Positions 55,711-64,000 of a stretch of DNA of 64,000 bases are shown here, in pieces (within the stretch, counting starts at the first letter, position 1; the number at the start of each line of letters is the position of its first letter). A program made the translations under genes and the position numbers. This DNA comes from Eledone cirrhosa (Eukaryota), in assembly GCA_964016885.1 (NCBI GenBank), contig OZ024746.1:23994001-24058000 (forward strand). Reading direction: 5' to 3'. The notes beneath the pieces were generated by a model. The model had not been told where the DNA came from. It worked only from the letters and a program-made list of their open reading frames with translations, and did no database searches.

Positions 55711-56289
55711 CATCATTGATAATGATGATGATATTGTCCACCATAAAGTTTTATTACATTCAATCATAATCAGAAATCATGCAATTGGTTTATGGTCTAA
55801 TATATAGTAGCAGAAACCTGTGTGTGACTATACTCACACAAACACACATAAACATGCAGACACACATGCACTTTCTTTTAATTTACATAATATGAATAAT
55901 GAAGCCTTACTTCAACTGAATTTTACTGAACCTGCTGTCAGATATGACAAGTCTGATTATCTTCACCATTTTCATAGCAACTCAGCTAAATCTTCTCTGA
56001 TTCTAAGATACAATATTTGTTTTAAAGTGTTTATATTTATCTAGAAACCTTCAATCATCATTTTATATAAGAAGATTTATGTTCCAAACACCAGCTTAAT
56101 AATGAGAACGTTATTTAACTAAATCTCTCCAAACTTTTCAATATTTTCAAAATTATTTGAAAACCATGGGCAGTGTCTTTCATTAGATTACCTACATATA
56201 TTTACATAATCATACACTCACATACGAACGTCGCTAGTGAAAACATCATATCGGTCCATTCCCTTGTCTTTAGTTTGTATTTCATTGAC

Positions 56290-56465
56290 AACATAACTTT
56301 ATTGCATAAGATGCTGTCTGATGATGTCGCGTTGCTGGCTGCATGATGGAAGCATCATATAGCCATGAACACCATTGAAATATGTATCGCACCTTTATGA
56401 ATAAAGTAATTATGAACATCTACAATGGACTTGTGCAATTATCCTTATTGTGTATCTATATATAT
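56290..56465 (+). mobile_element. Putative Penelope-like pseudo-LTR with degenerate hammerhead core
   Basis: CTGATGA at 56318-24 and GAAA-tatgta-TC at 56377-88. Homologous to 63300-63475 and ends in tatata. Confidence 0.5.
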
Positions 56466-56702
56466 CATCAGCTCATCATCATCTTCGTTTAACGTCCATT
56501 TTCCACGCTAGCATATATATATATATATATATATTGATGATATAGGGATAAGATGTTACTAGTCAAATGACTAGTAAGACTGTTATTCAACAACTTAATA
56601 CTCAGCATTTCAATGACAGTAGAGTATAGATATTATTACAACTAAGCCTAATGATCAAGCTTAAACTGTTTCAATGGTTGAATGGAAATTAAATGTGTGT
56701 GT

Positions 56703-57046
56703 CATCATCATTTCATCATTTCATTTTACGTCCGCTTTTCCCTGCTTGCAAGGGTGGGACGGGAACTGATTCTGGCTTGATTTCTACAGCTGGATGCCCT
56801 TCCTAACACCAACCTCATTTACAGTGAGTGCTGGGTGCTTTTTTTGCCGTGGCACCTCCACGACCACTTTGCAGTGGAATGATAGGGACCACAGTCCCTA
56901 TCATCTCATTTCTACAGCTGAGTAAACTGGAGCAATGTGAAATAAAGTGTCTTGCTCAAGGAAACAACACATCACCCGGTCTGAGAATTGAACTCACAAC
57001 CTTTCGATTGCAAGGCCAATGCTCTAACCACTAAGCCATGTGCCTC
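56703..57046 (-). mobile_element. tRNA-headed SINE with RTE family A tail
   Basis: Reverse-complement counterpart of 23877-24235. Tail identical to 17221-17260. Confidence 0.9.
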
Positions 57047-57048
57047 CA

Positions 57049-57101
<53 letters not shown>

Positions 57102-57307
57102 TGTGTGTGTGTGTGTGTGATGTTCTGTTAAAGAAGAGAGTCACAATTAAAGTAAGGTACTTAGTACATCAGGTTGAGAGGGCAGTTAATATTATTCCAT
57201 TGATAGGTAACATTTACGAAAGTCTTATTGATGATTTCATCTCTGGATGAAAGAGAACTAGTCCTATAAAAGTTACATCTAAATGTACATATATATATAT
57301 ATATATA

Positions 57308-57718
57308 TGGAAAGTTATATTTAAATTGTTGGGTTACAACTAGTAAATATTAATAACTGATATAAAAGCACTCGACAAGTATTTGGAGTATATTTACGAT
57401 ATTAAATAAATGGAAACTATATTTATAAAACCATATTTATTTCATTATATATATTTCAGGGATATCATATTAACAATATGCTATGCCTTCCTCAGACAAA
57501 ATACAATATAAACAGTTTTATAGATAAATAGATTTGACATACCGTACAACAAATACAAGTCGATGTTGTACGGTATGTCAAATCTATTTATCTATAAAAC
57601 TGTTTATATTGTATTTTGTCTGAGGAAGGCATAGCATATTGTTAATATGATATCCCTGAAATATATATAATGAAATAAATATGGTTTTATAAATATAGTT
57701 TCCATTTATTTAATATCG

Positions 57719-57720
<2 letters not shown>
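57308..57720. mobile_element. Perfect 157-bp-arm palindrome plus about 87-bp tail between (TA)n; putative inverted Penelope-like pseudo-LTR pair
   Basis: Arms 57395-57551 and 57564-57720 with a 12-nt loop, unpaired 57308-57394, TA runs on both sides. The palindrome is directly visible; the Penelope assignment is inferred from the hammerhead motif and architecture. Confidence 0.75.
57612..57677 (+). ncRNA. Minimal type-I hammerhead ribozyme motif (mirror copy on - strand at 57438-57503)
   Basis: Stem I tattttgt/atgaaata (8 bp, 2 GU), CTGAGGA 57620-26, stem II aggcatagcatatt-gtt-aatatgatatccct, GAAA 57658-61, short palindromic stem III tatata, predicted cleavage after A57669. Confidence 0.75.
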
Positions 57721-57750
<30 letters not shown>

Positions 57751-59504
57751 CTCATATATATACATTTTTTTAGAACCAGCATAGATATAATGATTAAAAA
57801 TAGTATAAGTCAGAGAATATGAAAAATAAAAATAAATTGAAGCAGAATGATTGGAAACATTTCAAAGAGAGAAAAATGGAAGAGATTTAAAAAAGAATTG
57901 TTTGTGTATTATCATTATCAAATTTTAAATGTTTAAGAGTAAACAAGAGAAAGAATTTCAAGAAATTCAATTTAAAATGTAAAGCTGAAAAATCTTTCTT
58001 GAAAACTTCAACAAATAAATCAATAGATAAATAAATAAATAATGGTTTCTAATTTAGGCACAAGGCCAGCAATATTGACCTCAGTATTTGACTGGTACAT
58101 TATTTAAACATAATTGTTTATGGTTCAGGCAGAAGGCCAACAGTTTGAGGGGAGATGAAACATCAATTATATTGACATCAGTACATGACAGGCACTTTAT
58201 TTCATCAACTCCCAGCTCAGATCGTAAAGAGCTGTAAACTAAATGCCACAAGGTATTTTGCCAATCCACTGTCCTAATAATGATAATAATGGTTTCTAAT
58301 TTAGGCACAAGGCCAACAATTTGGTGGGAGGAGAGGGTTGGTTATATTTTAATAACTGTTTCTTATACAGATACAAGGTCAGACATTTTTTTTTCAGGAT
58401 GTTTGTATGTTTGTATGTGTGTGGAGGGGGGGGGGGGGTGTAGTTGATTAATTTGACCCCAGTACTTGATCCTAGAAGGATGAAAAGTAGACAAAGCTAA
58501 CCCTGTTGTATTTTATATTGGTATGATCTGCAGGAAAGGGCTGTGCCCATAGCCTTTGCACCTCCCCCAAAATTGGTGAGATGGATATGATTAATACTTT
58601 GGGAAAACTTGAAACGTAGTCATCCCAATGTAAATGATTATAATAGTTGATCCCTATAAATAATAGAAGGTGCATGGTTTAGTGTCTAGAGCATTGGGCT
58701 TACTCATGGGGTTGTCAGTTCAATTCCTGGATCAGGTGATATGTTGTGTCCTTGAGCAAGACATTTTACTTCTCATTTCACCAAGTCACTCAGCTGTAGA
58801 AATGAGTTGGAGTGTCACTGGTTCCAAGCGATATGAGCCTTTGCCTTTCCCTTAGACAATATCAGTGGTGTAGAGAGAGGGGAGACTGGTATGCATGGGT
58901 GACTATTGGTCATCCACAAAACATTTTGCCCAAACTTGTGCCTCAGAGGGGCTCTTTCTAGGTGTAAATCCCATGGTCATTCATGACCAAAGGGAGTCGT
59001 GACCCTTTACCCTTCACTACATTTTTCCATCTTTAGGGGTTCTTTACCTGATTTTCTTAACTATTATTTGCAGTGATTGGCTATTTTTGTAGTTATTTAC
59101 ATCAGGGCAACTACATTTCAAATTTCATCTTGATCAGTTTACAAGTTCAGAGTTATAGGGAAATCATGTTCAGGGAGGGAACACCAGAGGGATGACATTC
59201 TGGAGAGGAAGGATTGGGTATAGTAGTTAGTGCAAGTTCTGGGATGGGTGTGGTACGAGAACAATTGAAACAGTTGAGTGGAGGTAGTATGAGTTCAACT
59301 AACTCCTAGGAGCAGAGGCCATTGTAGTAGAAGTTGAAGTAGCAGACAGAGGGATCTGAATTCAGAAAGTAACAAGCTGGCTGTAATTAAATACCAAACA
59401 ATATAAAGTACAAAGTCACACATTTAGTGGCAGTGGCAGGGGTGAAGAATTGCAGTCAATCAACTGGTACTTAATTTGTCAGCTAATAAAAATAATGATA
59501 ATAA

Positions 59505-59957
59505 TTATGTCTATATTTGGCACAAGGCCAGCAATTTGGGGAGGGGGAAGGGAAGTCAATTAAATTTACCCTAGTGCATCACTTGTACTTTATTTTATCA
59601 ACCCCGTAAGGATGAAAGGCAAAGTTAACCTCGGTGAGATTTGAACTCAAAACGTAAAAAGATATAATTATCTTGCGAAGCATGGTGTCTGATACTCTAC
59701 CAATACTGCCAATCCACCACCCTTAATAATAATAATAATTGTTTCTACTTTAGGCACAAGGTCAGTAATTTTGGGAGAGGGGAAAGTCGATTAAATCAAC
59801 CCCAGTACGTTACTGGTGCTTTATTTTATCGACCCTGTAAGGATAAAAGGCAAAGTTAACCTTGGCGGGATTTGAACTCAAACCGTAAAGGGCCGTAACT
59901 CTATACTGCAAAGTATGGTGTCCGACCCTCTACCGATTCTGCCAATCTACCGCCCTT

Positions 59958-60000
<43 letters not shown>

Positions 60001-62735
60001 CAATAATAATCGTTTAACATCAACCTTTCCTGATAAGAAGGGTTGGACAGATCTATATAGACCAAGTCAATACTGAAGCAGGGTCACGGACCTCCCAGAC
60101 AGATTGTGGGGTTCAGCATCTCATTTAGGAAAAATGCAGCCTTGAAAAAGCAAGCCAGTGGTATTAGAACAAACCAGAAGGTGTTGTATAGAAAATGACC
60201 ACGTCAAGATTCTATGAGACTTTATGGTCCAATGTGACCATGAAATTGAACACTGTAAACTATATATTGTGGTGATCAAGAAAGACAACAAACAATGTTT
60301 GAGTCTAGATGTGGCTTGGCCCACTGACAATAAGATTTGTAACAAAGAATTGAAGAAGGTTGAAAGATATGAACTACTAGCATGGGGGATAGGCAATGGA
60401 AAAGGTTGACATGGTCCCAGTGGTAGTTGGGGCACTTGGTAACGTGAGCACAGAACTGAAAACTATTTGAAAAAACTATTTGAAAAAATGGGGCCAGCAT
60501 CAGGGCAGAGCATTTACAGAAAACAACACTCCTTAGAATTACTAGGATACTTAGAAAAGTGCTTGACAATTGAAGGTGCCACCTCAGTCCACTGGTTGTG
60601 GACAACTGGTGCCAGAATTACATCACCAGCAACAAATGCTGTGCAAGAAAAGAAATTAAAAAATAATAATAATGGTTCCTAATTTAGGCACAATGCCAGC
60701 AATTTGGGATTGGTGATGTCAAATATATGAACTTCAGAACTTGACTGGTACATTATTTTATTGACCCCAGAAGGATGAAAGGCAACGTTAACCATGGCAG
60801 GACTTGAACTCAGAACATATAGGGTCATACACAAATACTGCAACACATTTGGCCCACAGCTATATTGATTCTGCACCCCCCCCCCCCCCACCCTATTAAT
60901 CATAATAATGAATACGACACAAGGCCAATAATTTGGGCGCAGGGCTAAGTCAATTAAATCGACCCCAGGAGGTGACTGCTACTTTATTTTATTGACCCCG
61001 TAAGGATGAAAAGCAAAGCTAACCTCAGCAGGATTTGAACTCAGAATGTAAAGGGCCATAACTCTGTGTTGCAAAGCATGTTGTCCGACATTCTACTGAT
61101 ACTGCTAATCCACCATAACAATAATCTATAAGTTTGGCACAAGATTACTCATTTCAGAAGATAGTGTATATTTTATTGTTTCAATCCTGAGAATATGACC
61201 GGTACTTCTAGCAATGGCAATAATAATAATATGACAAAAAAAACATTTCTTTTATATTTGTATAGATTTCATTAATTGGACTGTGGCCATGCTGGGGCAT
61301 CAACCTCATTATTTCATTTCAACAGCCTTAAAAGGACGATAGGTTCAAGTTGAACTCTGGGTGAGATTGGAACTCAGAGCTAAAAAGGACCTAACCTAAT
61401 GCCACAATGTTATTTTATTTGTCCAGCATGCTACTAATTTTACCATGGCCTAGTGGTTATTGTGTGAGGCTTGTGATTTGTAATATTGTAGGTTCAATTC
61501 ATGGACTGGGTGGTGTGTCTTGTTCTTGAGCAAAACACTTCATTTCACATTGCTCCAGCCAACTCAACTGAAAAAAATAAGTACCAGCAGTAGCTGAGGG
61601 TTAACTCTGTGATGGACTGGCATTTTATCCAGTGGGGGAAGGCATCTTGTACACTCAGTCATTTAAACACCAATGAAACTGGGATAACTGGGATAACTGG
61701 GATAAGCTCCAGCCTGTTGAGGCTCTGGGCTTGAGACAGGCATATTTTTTAAAATTAGTAATATAGGTTGCTATCTTAGGGACAAAGCTACAAATTTAGG
61801 GGATAGGGAAATGGTTTACTAAGATCAACCCCAATACTTAACTGTTACATCATTTCATTGCACCCCACCCTCCCCAGGTGAATGAAAGATAGTGTTGACC
61901 ATGGCAGGATTTAAAATCATTACCAAAAAGGGAGGGACTAAATACCACAAGGCATTTTGTTAGATGTTCTACAGAATTGGTCAAACCATCGGCCTCCCTG
62001 AAATTAAAAATAAATAAATGATGGTTTCCAATTTAGGCATAAAGCCAGCAATTTGGAGAGAGGGGAAAAGTTGATTAAACAGACCCTAGTATTTTACTGG
62101 TACTTTAATTCATTGAACTTGGCAGTATGAAAGGCAAAATTGACCTCAGCGGGATTTGAACTCAGAATGCTAAGAACCAGAACAAACACTTCAAAGCATT
62201 TTCTGATGGTGAGAGAGGTGCACTGGGTGATTCAGTAGAATCTTGCTTGAAACTGTCTTAGAGATAATAATAGTTTCTGATTTAGGCACAAGGCCAGCAA
62301 TTTTGGGGGAGGGGAAAGTTGATTTTGATAAAATAAAGTATCAGTGCCTTTCTGGTAAATTATTTCATCAACCCCACTAAGGATGATGGGCAAAGCTAAT
62401 CTCAGCCGGATTTTAACTCAGAACATAAAGGGATATAACTATATGCCCACAAAGCATGTCCGAAGTTCTACCGATACTGCCAATCCACTGCCCTTGACTT
62501 GGAGATGATGATAATAATAATAATAATAATGGCTTATAACTTAGGCACAAGGCCAATAAATATGGGGGTGGAAGGTAAAGTCAATTAAATTGACACCAAT
62601 ATTTGACTGGTACTTGGTTTTTTATCAACCCCATAAGAATGAAAGGCAAAGTTGACCTCGACGAGATTTGAATTCAGAATTTAAAGAGCGGGAACAAATA
62701 GCACAAAACTTCCGTCCAATGCTCTACCGATTCTA
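59505..62735 (-). mobile_element. Dense co-oriented cluster of (ATT)n-tailed SINEs (about 8 copies, interleaved with other elements)
   Basis: Repeated ttaggcacaaggccagcaat...gtactttattttatc.accc.gtaaggatgaaaggcaaag..aacctc...gatttgaactca...gatactgccaatcc. Confidence 0.85.
60123..60580 (+). mobile_element. 3' fragment of an R4/Dong-like non-LTR element (restriction-like endonuclease)
   Basis: KPEGV.ENDHVKIL*DFMVQCDHEIEH.K..IVVI.K..KQCL.LDVA.P.D..I..KE..K..RY..L, VVVGALG, LQK. Stops and frameshifts. Confidence 0.8.
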
Positions 62736-62816
62736 ATAATAACAACAATAACAGCAACACCAGTGAAATTTCATGAAGAATGGAATGATATTAAAATGGA
62801 AATGGCCTGGAACCAA

Positions 62817-63134
62817 TCAAAGTTCAGTTGTTGTCAAAGCAGAGCCGTTTGCATTCGATGGTAATGTATTTGTACCTGGCGGTAGGATAGCAGTCGTTGT
62901 ACCATTGGTGGTGCCGGTACCATTTACAATGGTGCTGTTCTGCAGGGGGGTGTCTTGTGGCTCATCGACGATGATTACTGGAATATTGTAGACTGGTTTG
63001 GTGACATCAAGATCATCAATGTTGTCGGGAAATTTCTTGTCTTTTGTTTCAGGTAACAGCAGTGAAAGACCACCAATGATGAAGGAGAGAACTCCGAGGA
63101 ACAGGAACGGCATCAGTGGGTGGACATATTTGTG
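62817..63134 (-). CDS. C-terminal exon of an SLC22/organic cation transporter-like MFS protein
   Basis: Pyrimidine tract and cag| acceptor at 63135-37. HKYVHPLMPFLFLGVLSFIIGGLSLLLPETKDKKFPDNIDD shows the last TM helix and LPETK motif. Upstream exons lie beyond the window. Confidence 0.85.
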   Translation of the reverse strand, partial: HKYVHPLMPFLFLGVLSFIIGGLSLLLPETKDKKFPDNIDDLDVTKPVYNIPVIIVDEPQDTPLQNSTIVNGTGTTNGTTTAILPPGTNTLPSNANGSALTTTEL

Positions 63135-63299
63135 CTGCCAGATTAAAGAGAAAAGAATAAAAATGTTTGTTTATTTCTTTTTTTTAATTTACTTTTTATT
63201 TTATTTCATTTAATTTGATAAGATATATGGATGTGTGAGAGGAACAGATATGTAAGGAGCCTATCTCCTTATCTATAGCCTATATTGAAATAGGAATGT

Positions 63300-63475
63300 T
63301 ATATAACAACTTTATTACTTAAGATGCTCTCTGATGAAGTTGTGTTGGTGTTTGCATATTCACTGCATTTTGTAATCATGACTGCCATAGAAATATGTAT
63401 TATGGAAAATTCTGAATAAAATGAGTCATGAATTTCTACATCTGGCTTTCTCAATTATCATTATTGTATTTATAC
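63300..63475 (+). mobile_element. Second diverged copy of the hammerhead-core repeat seen at 56290
   Basis: aactttatt.c.taagatgct.tCTGATGA (63331-37) ... GAAAtatgtat (63390) ... tgaataaa ... tctaca ... caattatc.ttattgt shared between the copies. Confidence 0.5.
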
Positions 63476-63937
63476 TTTGTCATGGACTTCCAAATTGCAT
63501 TTAGAAGGATAGACATGTCGTTGAATGCTTGAATCTAATTGTATTATCGTTTTCTGATTGGAGTGTTGTATACACAGCCTTGTTGGTCAACATCTTATAA
63601 CATAAGTATATATATATGAGGTGGAACATTTTAAGTCTGCACCTGCCAGTGTACTACCGATCCCCATCCCCTCACACTTATCCCTGTTTCTTCCTATCTT
63701 CCCTGTCCAACACAAGCCAGTATGGAAAGCTTGAGCAGAACTTCTTTGATTCACTTCCTTTGCCCAACTGATGTACCCCCACTCATACTCTTCCTCGTAC
63801 AACCCATGTAAGAATGGAAAGCTAGGGCAGATCTTCTTTGATTAAACCATGACCACCCACTTCAAACTCACATCCATGACTCATCTTTCCTGTCCAACAT
63901 AGAAATCCAGGCACATTTCATAATATATCAGACACCA

Positions 63938-64000
63938 GCTCAGAGTTGCTGAAGCATGGAACAAACTGCCTGCGTCAGTTGTTAGCTGCCGAGACACTGC
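63938..64000 (+). mobile_element. CR1 3' fragment running off the window edge
   Basis: gctcagagttgctgaagcatggaacaaactgcctgcgtcagttgttagctgccgagacactgc matches the reverse complement of about 41818-41880. Confidence 0.9.

Overview
AT-rich, repeat-dense animal genomic DNA. The SINE/RTE repertoire suggests a cephalopod, probably an octopus (inference). Two host genes are recognisable. One is six coding exons of a mitochondrial citrate/tricarboxylate carrier (SLC25A1-like, + strand, 15109-32272; first exon not found). The other is the C-terminal exon of a convergent SLC22/OCT-type transporter (- strand, 62817-63134). The rest is mostly mobile DNA: several tRNA-derived SINE families, RTE, CR1, R4/Dong-like and CRE-like LINE fragments, piggyBac-, TcMar- and hAT-like MITEs, and mini/microsatellites. 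The most striking unexplained structure is a recurring module, (TA)n - short unique tail - long inverted repeat - (TA)n, seen at least 5-6 times. The best-preserved copy (57308-57720) has apparently perfect 157-bp arms, each carrying a minimal type-I hammerhead ribozyme fold, which points to Penelope-like pseudo-LTR insertions targeting TA microsatellites. Other leads are a chimeric SINE with a swapped LINE tail, a SINE-born 39-bp minisatellite, a PHD finger inside an RTE ORF, a candidate two-exon membrane microprotein gene and a candidate orphan terminal exon. All coordinates were read by eye; no searches were run.
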